From: Candidatus Latescibacterota bacterium
Lineage (GTDB): Bacteria > Latescibacterota > UBA2968 > UBA8231
Direction: 5' to 3'
Assembly: GCA_965208105.1 (NCBI GenBank)
Contig: OZ242318.1
Location: 32,001-96,000 of the forward strand
Length of the DNA: 64,000 nt
The notes under the pieces are model-generated. The model saw only the letters and a program-made list of their open reading frames with translations. It did not search any database and was not told where the DNA came from. Positions within the stretch are counted from its first letter, which is position 1, and each line of letters opens with the position of its first letter. Of this stretch, positions 21,147 to 31,044 are shown piece by piece. The position numbers were made by a program, and so were the translations under genes.

Positions 21147-22864
21147 GGTGGCGGGACAAAATTTGCGGAAATGAAATCGGCGACTTCTCTAAGGGTAATC
21201 AAGTTGGAGGGAACCGGGACATTCCTGGCTGCCAGGGCCAGTGTCAATTGGACCGGGGCCGGGGCTTCCAGGCCGCTGATGGCAGGAAAATCCGGGTCTG
21301 AAAGGAGGTCGCGGGTTGCCCCCGAGGCCTGGACTTCACCGTGTTCGAGGACCAGAACGTGGGTGGACAATTCCGCAACCAGATCGATGTTGTGCGTGAT
21401 CAGAACCAGGGTCTTACCCTGCTCCTTCAGTTTCAGAAAAACCTCGCACAATTTTCCCACGGTCCGACCATCGAGGCCGGCTGTCGGTTCGTCCAGGACG
21501 AGGACATCCGGGGCCATGGCCAGAATTCCGGCCAGGGCAACCCGGCGTTTCTCCCCGCCGCTCAAGGTCATGGGGGAGCGCTGGCCGAAGTGCTCTCTCG
21601 GGAGGTCGACCACTTGCAGTGACCGGTTGACGGACTCTTCGATCATCTTCTCCGGAAATCCCAGGTTCCTGGGCCCGAAGGCCACGTCCAGAGCCACGGT
21701 TTCCTCGAAAAGTTGGAGTTCCGGGAACTGGAAGACCAGGCCCACCTGCTGGCGTATCCGGGTGGAATCGCAGTCCCCGTCCCAGATATCCCCGCCGTCG
21801 AGCAGAACGCGTCCCCCATGGGGCTTGAGCAAAGCATTGAAGTGCTGGGCCAGGGTTGTTTTACCCGCGCCGCTCCGACCGATCAATGCGACGATGCACC
21901 CGCTGGGGAATTCGGCGTTTATGGCCCTGATGGCCGTGCGTTCGGTGGGGAGGCCCCTGTCGTAGATGTGGGTGAGAGATTCAGCGGCGAGTTTAATGGA
22001 ACCATTTTGAGGAGTCGCCTTGTTCTTCCTTGTGGTGGGCGCGGCCGCGAGTACTGGAACCAGGGCCGATGCCAGGCTGTCCATGTCGAGGTGAACTCCC
22101 AGTGGGTACTTGGTACGAGCACAGAAATTGGCCGCAAGGGCACTGGCAAAGGGGATGTCGAGACCCATCTCCTGCAGCTCCGCTGCGTGACGGTATACCT
22201 CGTCAGGCGTGCCGTCGTGAAGCAGTCTTCCCTGGTGCATGACGATGACGCGGTCCGCGGTGGCAGCTTCAGAAGGTGATTGGGTGATGTGAATGGTGGT
22301 AATCCCGAACTGGTCCCTCAACCGGCGCAGCAGGGCGCGAATCTCGCTGCGAGCCTTGGGATCGAGCAGGGCTGTAGGCTCGTCCAGCACGAGGTAGCGG
22401 GGATGCAGTGCAACGGCAGCTGCAATGGCGACGCGCTGCTTCTCTCCGCCGGAAAGGCGATGGGGGGGATGGCGGCGATGGGATTCGAGGTGGAATTCCT
22501 TCAGTATCTCATCGATGCGCCGCTGAATTTGTTCCGTGGGGACGGATAGGTTCTCAAGCCCGAAGGCGATCTCCGCCTCGACGGTGGTCGACACCAACTG
22601 GTCGTCCGGATTCTGAAAGACCATGCCGATGCGCTTGCGAATCTCGAAGAGGGCGTCCGGATCCCGGGTGCAGAGATCGTCCACGAGGACCTGGCCCTTC
22701 CGGGGCAGGTGCAGGCCGTTGAGGCAGCGGGCCAACGTGGTCTTTCCGCAGCCATTGGCGCCGATAATTGCCGCCCAGGTTCCGGTTGGTATATCCAGGT
22801 TGATTTCCTGCAGAACCGGGGCATTTCCAGGGTAGGCGAAGTTTAGATTTTGAACCCGAATCAT
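21143..22864 (-). CDS. ECF transporter ATPase, fused A-A' (duplicated ABC domains)
   Basis: Two Walker A motifs (GANGCGKT, GRSGAGKT), FQNPDDQ and FQFPELQ Q-helices, two LSGGEK. Confidence 0.9.
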   Translation of the reverse strand: MIRVQNLNFAYPGNAPVLQEINLDIPTGTWAAIIGANGCGKTTLARCLNGLHLPRKGQVLVDDLCTRDPDALFEIRKRIGMVFQNPDDQLVSTTVEAEIAFGLENLSVPTEQIQRRIDEILKEFHLESHRRHPPHRLSGGEKQRVAIAAAVALHPRYLVLDEPTALLDPKARSEIRALLRRLRDQFGITTIHITQSPSEAATADRVIVMHQGRLLHDGTPDEVYRHAAELQEMGLDIPFASALAANFCARTKYPLGVHLDMDSLASALVPVLAAAPTTRKNKATPQNGSIKLAAESLTHIYDRGLPTERTAIRAINAEFPSGCIVALIGRSGAGKTTLAQHFNALLKPHGGRVLLDGGDIWDGDCDSTRIRQQVGLVFQFPELQLFEETVALDVAFGPRNLGFPEKMIEESVNRSLQVVDLPREHFGQRSPMTLSGGEKRRVALAGILAMAPDVLVLDEPTAGLDGRTVGKLCEVFLKLKEQGKTLVLITHNIDLVAELSTHVLVLEHGEVQASGATRDLLSDPDFPAISGLEAPAPVQLTLALAARNVPVPSNLITLREVADFISANFVPPP

Positions 22865-23001
22865 GGAGCAAAGCCCGCGGTCTAGGATAGGGTATAGGCG
22901 ACCGGTGGTCAAGTAAGGCACCCCGATTGACAGCATGGAGTTCGAGGCGTTTATTTGAGACCTCCGACAGAGGCTGAAGGTCCAAAACAGCGAGGCATCG
23001 C

Positions 23002-23856
23002 ATGATGAAATTGTACAGCTGCTCACTCGTCCTTGCGCTGACGGTTGCGCTGTGGAGTTGCGGCGACGAAGACGGCGATGGTCCCAAGATTCTGGGGCCG
23101 GATGTTCCCCAGGCGGCGCTTGGTGAGGAGGAGATCTTTACTGTCAAGCAGGTATCGTTCACCTCTGTAGACAGCGTGGAGGTCAGTGCTCTTTTCGGCG
23201 TGGTGGACGGCGATGAAGCGCGTCCGGCGGTCATTCTGGTGCACGAAGTGCAGGGGAGCAAAGAGGAATGGTTGCGCGCTACCCCTCTCTTTTCGGATCT
23301 CCTGAAGCGGGGATACAATGTCCTGGCAATCGATCTGCGGGGACACGGCGCGACATTGCTTCCCGAGGATAGCCAGCCTCTCTCCTGGGATGACGTGGAA
23401 GAGAGTTTTCTCGACGTCGGGGCCGCCCTGACCTGGCTTCGGAGCCAGGTTGCGACTGTGGACGCCACCAGGATCGCGGTAGTGGGCACCGGCGTGGGCG
23501 GCAATGTTGCCTACGTGAGTATGGGTGCCTTTCCCCTCCAGATCAAAGCCGCAGTCTGCCTGTCTCCGGGGGCCTGGGCGGGCTCGGACCCAATTGTTCC
23601 AATCGTAATCGGGGAAGGGCTGACCAATTTCAGGCCCCACACCATTCTCTTCATGGTGGGTGAAAATGACGTTTTCACAATCACCAACGAGGTCGAGTTG
23701 AGTTTTCTCGATTTCGCGGTTTTTTTGTTCCGCCAGACCGCCGACCCCAGCGAGGTGCTCGTCCTGCCCGACTCGGCGGACCACGGCCTGGATATACTCA
23801 ACAACAATCCAAGAGCTTATGAATTCTTCTTCTCCTGGTTAGAAGGCCAATTGTAA
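23002..23856 (+). CDS. Alpha/beta-hydrolase-fold lipoprotein
   Basis: Lipobox LWSC, GYNVLAIDLRGHG, nucleophile elbow reads GTGVG. Confidence 0.75.
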   Translation: MMKLYSCSLVLALTVALWSCGDEDGDGPKILGPDVPQAALGEEEIFTVKQVSFTSVDSVEVSALFGVVDGDEARPAVILVHEVQGSKEEWLRATPLFSDLLKRGYNVLAIDLRGHGATLLPEDSQPLSWDDVEESFLDVGAALTWLRSQVATVDATRIAVVGTGVGGNVAYVSMGAFPLQIKAAVCLSPGAWAGSDPIVPIVIGEGLTNFRPHTILFMVGENDVFTITNEVELSFLDFAVFLFRQTADPSEVLVLPDSADHGLDILNNNPRAYEFFFSWLEGQL

Positions 23857-23897
23857 GGCCCGCTCGGCGGTAGCAGGTCTCACCTCGAGCTCTCTCG

Positions 23898-24608
23898 ATG
23901 GTTCCCCCTCCCGAAATTGCCGTCGTCATCCCTGCACACAACGAAGAAGCTGCCATAGGCAAGGTTCTGGCTGCTATCCCCGGATGCCTGGTCGGGCAGG
24001 TCATCGTAGTGGACAACGGTTCGACCGACGCCACTGCCGCCCGGGCCCGCAGCATGGGAGCCACGGTAGTCCGTGAAGAGCGCCGTGGGTATGGCAGGGC
24101 TTGCCTGGCTGGAATTGCTGCCCTCGGAAGCCCTGACATAGTGGTTTTTCTCGACGGCGACTTCAGCGATTATCCGGAGGAAATGCCCGCCCTGATCGCA
24201 CCCCTTCTGGAAAGCAATGCCGACCTCGTAATTGGCTCGCGGACACTTGGAAAACGCCAGAGAGGGGCGATTTTGCCACAGGCTCGGTTGGGAAATGTCC
24301 TGGCTACCCGGTTGATCCGCCGCTTTTTCGGGGTGGCCTATACGGACCTGGGTCCATTCCGGGCAATTCGCTTCGACGCCCTCAATCGCCTCAGCATGGA
24401 AGATTGCGATTTCGGCTGGACGGTTGAGATGCAAGTGAAGGCGGCGCGAATGGGCATGAGGGTTGCCGAGGTTCCGGTGCGCTACCGCCGCCGCATCGGC
24501 GACTCCAAGATCAGCGGCACGATCAGAGGCAGCCTTGGTGCTGGCTGCAAGATTCTCCTGACCATCTTCCGCCACGCTCGCAGCAGGGATAAGTTGAAGA
24601 AAGTTTGA
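23898..24608 (+). CDS. Glycosyltransferase family 2
   Basis: VIPAHNEE, VVDNGSTD, FLDGD, TDLGPFRAI. Confidence 0.9.
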   Translation: MVPPPEIAVVIPAHNEEAAIGKVLAAIPGCLVGQVIVVDNGSTDATAARARSMGATVVREERRGYGRACLAGIAALGSPDIVVFLDGDFSDYPEEMPALIAPLLESNADLVIGSRTLGKRQRGAILPQARLGNVLATRLIRRFFGVAYTDLGPFRAIRFDALNRLSMEDCDFGWTVEMQVKAARMGMRVAEVPVRYRRRIGDSKISGTIRGSLGAGCKILLTIFRHARSRDKLKKV

Positions 24609-24774
24609 CCGGGGCACCGCAAGGAGGCAAAGTCTGTTGCAGCCTTTGGCCGCCTCCTTACGCGAAACATTCCCACACCTCTGGAGGTCATGCTGCCGGA
24701 AAGACCCTCCCGGCTTCCTCCGGCCATTCGATATTGACGGATTCTGCGGCGGCAAATATGTTTCCCCAACCCCC

Positions 24775-25803
24775 ATGCGACTAGCAGATTTCGACTTCGA
24801 CCTACCCCCCGATCTGATTGCCCAATACCCCCTGGGCCGACGCGATCAATCCCGTCTCCTGGTTCTGGACAGATCGGATTCCTCGATCCAACACCTCAGG
24901 TTCAATGATGTCCGCAGATTCCTGAAGCCGGAGGATGCCCTCGTAGTGAACCGGACCCGGGTGGTACATGCCCGCCTGAGAGGCCGCAAGGCGGAGACTG
25001 GCGCAGAGATCGAGTTGCTGATGATCCGAGAGCAGGAGGGAGGGCGCTGGTTGGCCCTGGGTCGTCCAGGTCGGCGCCTGTCTCCGAACACGGTCGTTGA
25101 ATTTGCCGGGGGTAGATTCCGGGGTAAAATCGTCGACAAGGTCGAAGGCGGCCGCCTTCTGGTCTCATTCGGGGTGGGAGACGCCGGCAGGGTGATCGAG
25201 GAGGCGGGAGAGGTCCCCCTTCCCCCCTATATCCGCCGAAGGCCGAATGCGGAGGACGCGGTCCGCTACCAGACGGTGTTCGCCCGCGACCATGGAGCAA
25301 TAGCTGCTCCAACAGCCGGGCTGCACTTCACCTCCGACCTTCTTGGCTCGATCGAGGCCGGCGGCACTGCCGTGGCGTCAATTCTTCTCCATGTGGGTCC
25401 GGGAACCTTCGAGCCCATTCGCAGCGAGGAACTGGGACAGAACAGCCTCGAGCCCGAGTACTACGAGGTGGACAGGGGCACCGCTGCCGAGCTGTGCAAA
25501 CGCCGACGCATGGGAGGCCGGCTCGTGGCGGTAGGGACGACGGTAGTCCGTACCCTTGAGACCGTGGTCGGCCAGAATGGGGAGATCCGATCGGGCCGCG
25601 GCTGGTCGGGGAAGTTCATCTTCCCCCCATACGAGTTCAAGGCCATAGATGCTCTGCTGACCAACTTTCACCTGCCGAGATCCAGCCTGCTCCTGCTGAT
25701 TGCCGCCTTCGCCGGCCGCGGGCTCGTTATCGAAGCCTACCGCGCTGCAGTGGCGGAGAGGTATCGCTTCTACAGTTACGGCGATGCCATGCTCATACTC
25801 TGA
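24775..25803 (+). CDS. queA: S-adenosylmethionine:tRNA ribosyltransferase-isomerase
   Basis: FDFDLP, PLPPYIRR, AAPTAGLHF, TNFHLPRS, FYSYGDAM. Confidence 0.96.
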   Translation: MRLADFDFDLPPDLIAQYPLGRRDQSRLLVLDRSDSSIQHLRFNDVRRFLKPEDALVVNRTRVVHARLRGRKAETGAEIELLMIREQEGGRWLALGRPGRRLSPNTVVEFAGGRFRGKIVDKVEGGRLLVSFGVGDAGRVIEEAGEVPLPPYIRRRPNAEDAVRYQTVFARDHGAIAAPTAGLHFTSDLLGSIEAGGTAVASILLHVGPGTFEPIRSEELGQNSLEPEYYEVDRGTAAELCKRRRMGGRLVAVGTTVVRTLETVVGQNGEIRSGRGWSGKFIFPPYEFKAIDALLTNFHLPRSSLLLLIAAFAGRGLVIEAYRAAVAERYRFYSYGDAMLIL

Positions 25804-25809
25804 AGGGCC

Positions 25810-26994
25810 ATGGAAAATCCGACGATTACAGCCATTCTCCTTGCCGCCGGGCGGGGGCGCCGCATGGGAGCGGAGACTCCCAAGCAGTTTCTTCCCCTCG
25901 GGGGCCGTCCGCTGCTGCGGCATGCCCTGGAAGCTTTTGAACGCAGCCCGATGGTGACGGACATCGTCCTGGTACTGAGACGGGAAGACATGGAATACTG
26001 CCGCCGCTCGGTACTGGACTCACCCTCGCTGCGAAAGGTCCGCACCCTGGTTCCCGGAGGTGCGGAGCGGCACCAGTCCGTTCACGCCGGTCTGCAGGCA
26101 ACCGATCCTGAGGGCGAAATCGTCCTCGTGCACGATGCAGTGCGGCCTTTCGTCTCCGAGAACCTGCTCGCTCGGGTGGTGGACGCAGCTGTCGAACACG
26201 GGGCAGCCGTGCCTGGCATGCCGCTTCGGGAAACCATCAAGGTGGTCAGATCGGGGGCCATCGTGGAGACCCTGGACAGGGCGACGCTGCAAAACGCCCA
26301 GACGCCACAGGCGTTTCGGCGAGAGCTGTTGCTGCAAGCTTATGGCCTCGTGGACCCCAAGAGAGTGGCGACCGACGACGCCACCTTGGTGGAGCGTCTG
26401 GGACACGAGGTTCGAGTCGTGGAGGGGGAGTCCCAAAATGTAAAGATTACCACACCTCATGATCTGGAATGGGCTGAATGGTATTTGTCGCGAAAGGAGG
26501 GACGGAGAACGGCCAAGAGGCGTCTGCGCGTAGGACAGGGGTTCGATGTCCATCGTTTGGAAAAGGGGAGGAAGCTGATTCTTGGAGGGGTCCCCATCCC
26601 ATTCGAGTGTGGACTGCGGGGGCATTCGGATGCTGACGTGTTGACACATGCCATCATAGACGCCCTGCTGGGGGCGTCGGCTCGTGGCGATATCGGCAGG
26701 CTCTTTCCGGACACGGATCCCAGGTACGAGAACATATCCAGCCTGGTTTTGTTGGAAAGGGTGCGGAAGCTTCTGGACGATTTGGGAGCTGAGATCGTGA
26801 ACCTGGACGCAGTGCTCGTGGCGCAAAGTCCAAAACTGGCGCCTCACGTGGAGGAAATGGTCGAGCGTCTCGCCCGCGTGCTGCGCCTGGCGCCAGAGGA
26901 GATTTCCCTCAAGGCCACTACGACCGAGCACTTGGGGTTTGTCGGCCGGCAAGAGGGAATGGCGGCTCAGGCCGTCGCCCTGATAGAGATGTGA
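25810..26994 (+). CDS. ispDF: Bifunctional IspD/IspF
   Basis: LAAGRGRRM..PKQF, HDAVRP, QTPQAF, then GQGFDVH, GHSDADV, KATTTE. Confidence 0.95.
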   Translation: MENPTITAILLAAGRGRRMGAETPKQFLPLGGRPLLRHALEAFERSPMVTDIVLVLRREDMEYCRRSVLDSPSLRKVRTLVPGGAERHQSVHAGLQATDPEGEIVLVHDAVRPFVSENLLARVVDAAVEHGAAVPGMPLRETIKVVRSGAIVETLDRATLQNAQTPQAFRRELLLQAYGLVDPKRVATDDATLVERLGHEVRVVEGESQNVKITTPHDLEWAEWYLSRKEGRRTAKRRLRVGQGFDVHRLEKGRKLILGGVPIPFECGLRGHSDADVLTHAIIDALLGASARGDIGRLFPDTDPRYENISSLVLLERVRKLLDDLGAEIVNLDAVLVAQSPKLAPHVEEMVERLARVLRLAPEEISLKATTTEHLGFVGRQEGMAAQAVALIEM

Positions 26995-27630
26995 GTGGTG
27001 GAAGAGTACCTGAACCGCTGGATAGGGGAGTTGAGTCAGTGGAATCCCCTGTGGGCATACGGAGCCTTGTTGATCAGCGCCTTCCTGGAAAATGTCATTC
27101 CACCCATTCCCGGGGATACCGTGGTCGTATTCAGCGCTTATCTCGTGGGGCGAGGCGCACTCGATCTCTGGCTCGTGTACCTGTCAACCTGCTTGGGAGG
27201 GACAGCCGGATTCTCTGTCATGTACTACCTGGGCTACAGTCATGGAAAGTCTTTTCTATCCGGCCGCCGGGGCCGCTTTTTTTCTCCTTCAAGCATTGCC
27301 AGGGCAGAGCAATGGCTTGACAGGTACGGCACTGCCCTGATCCTGGTCAACCGCTTCCTGAGCGGAATCCGGTCAGTGATCGCCATTGCCGCCGGTATCG
27401 GGGGGATGGGCTGGAAAAAGGTTGTTCTGTGCGGTCTGGTCAGCATGGGGGTCTGGAACGGGATGCTGCTATACGCCGGTGTATTGGTCGGACGCAACTG
27501 GGGGCGGATAGTCGAGTACCTGGGTTATTATAACAGATTTTTTGCTTTGCTCGCAGCGGGAATCCTGGTGTTTTTTCTCTGGCGCAGATGGCGCAAGCGA
27601 AAGACAGGCAAAGGCTTGACAATGCGGTGA
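26995..27630 (+). CDS. DedA family membrane protein
   Basis: FLENVIPPIPGD, RFLSGIRS. Confidence 0.9.
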   Translation: MVEEYLNRWIGELSQWNPLWAYGALLISAFLENVIPPIPGDTVVVFSAYLVGRGALDLWLVYLSTCLGGTAGFSVMYYLGYSHGKSFLSGRRGRFFSPSSIARAEQWLDRYGTALILVNRFLSGIRSVIAIAAGIGGMGWKKVVLCGLVSMGVWNGMLLYAGVLVGRNWGRIVEYLGYYNRFFALLAAGILVFFLWRRWRKRKTGKGLTMR

Positions 27631-27644
27631 ATTGGAATTAGCTT
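27616..27644 (+). promoter_or_regulatory. Putative sigma70 promoter of rplM-rpsI
   Basis: TTGACA-17 nt-TAGCTT. Confidence 0.6.
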
Positions 27645-27718
27645 TAGCCTTTTATCAATAATTTGGCGAAATACCCCGGGAAACATCCGGCCGAGGTCCC
27701 GAAAGTTGAAAGCTGCTC

Positions 27719-28153
27719 ATGAGTGATAGAACCTACATGCCCAGGAAAGTAGAAATCGAGCGTCAGTGGTTTGTCGTGGATGCCAGGGATGAGATACTTG
27801 GCCGATTGGCATCGGAGATTGCGCGTATTCTTCGTGGTAAACACAAACCCTGGTATACGCCCCATGCCGATATGGGCGACCACGTAATCGTGATCAACGC
27901 CGACAAGATCAGGGTCACCGGCCGCAAGGCCGACCAGAAAGTTTACTATCGCCACACGGGATATGCGGGGGGCATCCGTTCGACCTCGTACAGGGAGGTC
28001 ATGGATAAGCATCCAGAGCGCATTCTGCGCAAGGCAATATGGGGCATGTTGCCGCACAACCCTCTGGGACGCATGATGTTCAAGAAGCTCCGGGTCTATG
28101 CCGGGGATAAACATCCCCACGAGGCCCAAAAGCCTGCAGCATTGGAATTCTGA
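27719..28153 (+). CDS. rplM: 50S ribosomal protein L13
   Basis: LGRLAS, GKHKPWYTPH, GMLPHN, HPHEAQ. Confidence 0.97.
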   Translation: MSDRTYMPRKVEIERQWFVVDARDEILGRLASEIARILRGKHKPWYTPHADMGDHVIVINADKIRVTGRKADQKVYYRHTGYAGGIRSTSYREVMDKHPERILRKAIWGMLPHNPLGRMMFKKLRVYAGDKHPHEAQKPAALEF

Positions 28154-28179
28154 ATTGATATCGAGAGGTTTCGGAACTT

Positions 28180-28569
28180 ATGGCAGAAACATTTGAGGCG
28201 ACCGGAAGAAGGAAGACCTCGGTGGCTCGCGTGCGCCTGCGTCTGGGAGCTGGAGACATCTATATCAACGGGCGAAGCGCGAATGACTACCTTCGCCGGG
28301 ATGCACTGGAGATGATACTGGTGCAACCCCTGCAGTTGACCGAGACCCGCGATCGATTTGATATTCACATCTCCACCAAGGGCGGTGGTTTGAGAGGTCA
28401 GGCCGGTGCTGCGTGCCTCGGAATTGCCCGCGCCCTAATCCAATTTGATCCCAATGTGAGAAATTCATTGAAGAATGCCGGCTTTTTGACCCGCGACCCG
28501 CGCGAAAAGGAACGCAAAAAGTATGGCCTGGCCGGCGCGCGCAAGCGCTTTCAATTCTCGAAGCGTTGA
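28180..28569 (+). CDS. rpsI: 30S ribosomal protein S9
   Basis: [30 protein letters not shown]. Confidence 0.97.
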   Translation: MAETFEATGRRKTSVARVRLRLGAGDIYINGRSANDYLRRDALEMILVQPLQLTETRDRFDIHISTKGGGLRGQAGAACLGIARALIQFDPNVRNSLKNAGFLTRDPREKERKKYGLAGARKRFQFSKR

Positions 28570-28589
28570 TTTATACCAGGTTTTCTTAT

Positions 28590-28695
28590 CCCACCCAATT
28601 TTCGCCAGGACCTAGGGGTATTCCCTCGGGCAATCAAGGAGGGGATTCTGCGCCTGGTTTTGGAAGGTGACGGCTTGACAATCTCATAACAGGGA
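28590..28695 (+). promoter_or_regulatory. Probable rpsB (S2 autoregulatory) leader RNA
   Basis: Intergenic stem CACC..CCAGG..GGGGT..CCTGG..GGTG ahead of rpsB resembles the S2 leader layout. Confidence 0.4.
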
Positions 28696-28702
28696 ATTGG
28701 CA

Positions 28703-29455
28703 ATGGTTGATTGTTCCATCCGCGATCTGCTGGAGGCTGGGACTCACTTCGGGCACCAGACCCGCAGATGGGATCCCAAGATGAAGCAGTACATCTTTAC
28801 CGAGCGCAACGGGATACACATAATCGATTTGCAAAAGACCCTCAACAGGCTGGAAGAAGCCTATCAAGCCGTGCTTGAGACCTCCCAGGCAGGGGGAACG
28901 GTTCTCTTCGTAGGTACCAAGAAACAGGCCGTCGACATCGTTCGCCAGGAGGCCGAGCGCTGTGGCATGTTCCACGTCACCGAGCGCTGGTTGGGAGGGA
29001 TGTTGACCAACTGGCAGACCATCCGACAAAGCATTCGCCACCTGGACCATCTCGATCAAATTTCCACTGACGGCACTTATGAAAAATTGAAGAAGAAGGA
29101 GGTCCTGCTCCTTGAAAAGGAGCGCGATCGACTTGGCAAGACCCTTGCAGGAATCCGGAAGATGGGAGGCCTGCCGGGGCTGGTGTTCATTGTCGACATC
29201 AGGAAGGAACATATCGCCGTGCTCGAAGCACAGAAGCTGAGGATTCCCTCGGTCGGCCTCATCGATACGAATTGCAATCCAGAAGCTGTCACCCACCCCA
29301 TTCCCGGCAACGATGATGCCCTGCGTTCCATCAGCCTGGTCGCACACCTGATGGCCGAAGCCGTTCTGGAGGGCAAGGCCAAGGCGAGCGAACGCGAGGA
29401 GGCCGAAGCCGGTGATGCTGAGGAAAAACAGGCTGAAGAGGTCAGTGCCGATTGA
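28703..29455 (+). CDS. rpsB: 30S ribosomal protein S2
   Basis: LLEAGTHFGHQT, FVGTKKQA, RWLGGMLTN, IPGNDDA. Confidence 0.97.
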   Translation: MVDCSIRDLLEAGTHFGHQTRRWDPKMKQYIFTERNGIHIIDLQKTLNRLEEAYQAVLETSQAGGTVLFVGTKKQAVDIVRQEAERCGMFHVTERWLGGMLTNWQTIRQSIRHLDHLDQISTDGTYEKLKKKEVLLLEKERDRLGKTLAGIRKMGGLPGLVFIVDIRKEHIAVLEAQKLRIPSVGLIDTNCNPEAVTHPIPGNDDALRSISLVAHLMAEAVLEGKAKASEREEAEAGDAEEKQAEEVSAD

Positions 29456-29507
29456 TGGTTGGTGGAATAGACCTGTAGCTCTTGCAATTGATCGGAATGG
29501 AAATGAT

Positions 29508-30110
29508 ATGGGTGTGATTTCGTCAAAGTTGGTAAAGGAACTCCGGGACAAAACAGGGCTCGGAATGATGGATTGCAAAAAGGCGCTTCAGGAAACGGCC
29601 GGCGACCTTGAAAAGGCGGTCGACTACCTGCGCAAACAGGGGATGGCTGCCGTCGAGAAAAGGGCTGGGCGCGTCGCTCGAGACGGATTTATCACCTCCT
29701 ATATCCATCCCGGGAGTCGTCTTGGGGTCCTGGTTGAAATCAACTGCGAGACCGACTTTGTCGCCCGCACCGAAGATTTCCAACAGTTCGGCAAGGATGT
29801 GGCCATGCACATCGCAGCCTCTCGTCCCCTGGCGATTGGCCGGGAGGACCTGGATCCGGAACTGCTGGAGAGGGAACGCAATATTTACGAAGAAAGGGCG
29901 AAAGACGAAGGCAAACCAGACAACATTGCCGAAAAAATTGTCTCGGGACGACTCGAGAAGTACTTTCAGGATGTCTGTCTGCTCGAACAGGCATTTGTAA
30001 AAAATCCAGACCAGACAGTCCAGGACCTTCTGGTTGAGCTGACGGCCAAGATCGGCGAGAAAATAATCATCCGTCGCTTCTCCTGTTTCCGCCTTGGAGA
30101 GGAGGAGTAG
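29508..30110 (+). CDS. tsf: Elongation factor Ts (short form)
   Basis: VKELRDKTGLGMMDCKKAL, EINCETDFVAR; about 200 aa. Confidence 0.96.
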   Translation: MGVISSKLVKELRDKTGLGMMDCKKALQETAGDLEKAVDYLRKQGMAAVEKRAGRVARDGFITSYIHPGSRLGVLVEINCETDFVARTEDFQQFGKDVAMHIAASRPLAIGREDLDPELLERERNIYEERAKDEGKPDNIAEKIVSGRLEKYFQDVCLLEQAFVKNPDQTVQDLLVELTAKIGEKIIIRRFSCFRLGEEE

Positions 30111-30145
30111 GGAAGGACGCGGTTTCAGCAGGATGTTCGGGCCCC

Positions 30146-30706
30146 ATGATCGACGAAATCATTCAGGATGTAATTCAACACATGGAGAAGGCCGTTGAGG
30201 CCCTGCGACGGGATCTGGCCTCCATTCGGACGGGACGGGCTTCAACCGCGATGTTGTCCGCAATTCGCGTCGATTACTACGGGAGTTCCACTCCGCTCAA
30301 TCAGGTGGCAAACCTCAGCGTTCCCGAACCCCGCATGATCACCATAAAGCCTTGGGAACAGAATTTGATTCCGGTGATAGAAAAGGCAATCCGATCGGAC
30401 GGCAAGCTTGGCCTCAACCCCTCCAATGATGGGACCCTTATCCGAGTTCCCATACCCGAGTTGACGGGAGAACGCCGCCGCGAGATCAGCAAGGCAGCCC
30501 GGCAGCGAGGGGAGGAGGGCAGGGTAGCGGTGCGCCATGCCCGGCGGGAGGGGATAAGCCTCATCGAGTTGTCGAAAAAGGAAGGGGAGGTATCCGAAGA
30601 CGAGGCACGCCAGGCCCATACCCGGATTCAGAAACTCACCGACGAGCACGTAGGCCAGGTCGATACGATCGTTGAAAATAAAGAAAAGGAGATCATGGAG
30701 GTCTGA
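30146..30706 (+). CDS. frr: Ribosome recycling factor
   Basis: IRTGRAS, VDYYG, LGLNP, KEKEIMEV. Confidence 0.96.
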   Translation: MIDEIIQDVIQHMEKAVEALRRDLASIRTGRASTAMLSAIRVDYYGSSTPLNQVANLSVPEPRMITIKPWEQNLIPVIEKAIRSDGKLGLNPSNDGTLIRVPIPELTGERRREISKAARQRGEEGRVAVRHARREGISLIELSKKEGEVSEDEARQAHTRIQKLTDEHVGQVDTIVENKEKEIMEV

Positions 30707-31044
30707 GGTCTAGCGTCTCTTGGCGAACGGACGCCAGGCGGAGCGCCTGGAAAGGTTCCTGAGGCGGTTTGTCTCCTCGAAGATAAGCCGTTTTTTCGTT
30801 CTGGAGGGATTTTTCTACCTTCACAACCGGGGCGGTCGATCTACCTGGCTCGAGGCTTTGCAGGGTAGGTTCCTTGCCTCTGGTTCCCGAAAGCCGGGTT
30901 TGAACCTTCCCGCCTGATTATCACCGAAATGCGCGCCGGATATCGTTCAGATTCGAATAAGGCTCTCTCCTCCATGGCGGTCTCTTCCTTCAATTAAATC
31001 CATCCTCCCGATCAAACAGGCGTCTGGGTCCAAGGAACAAGGGA

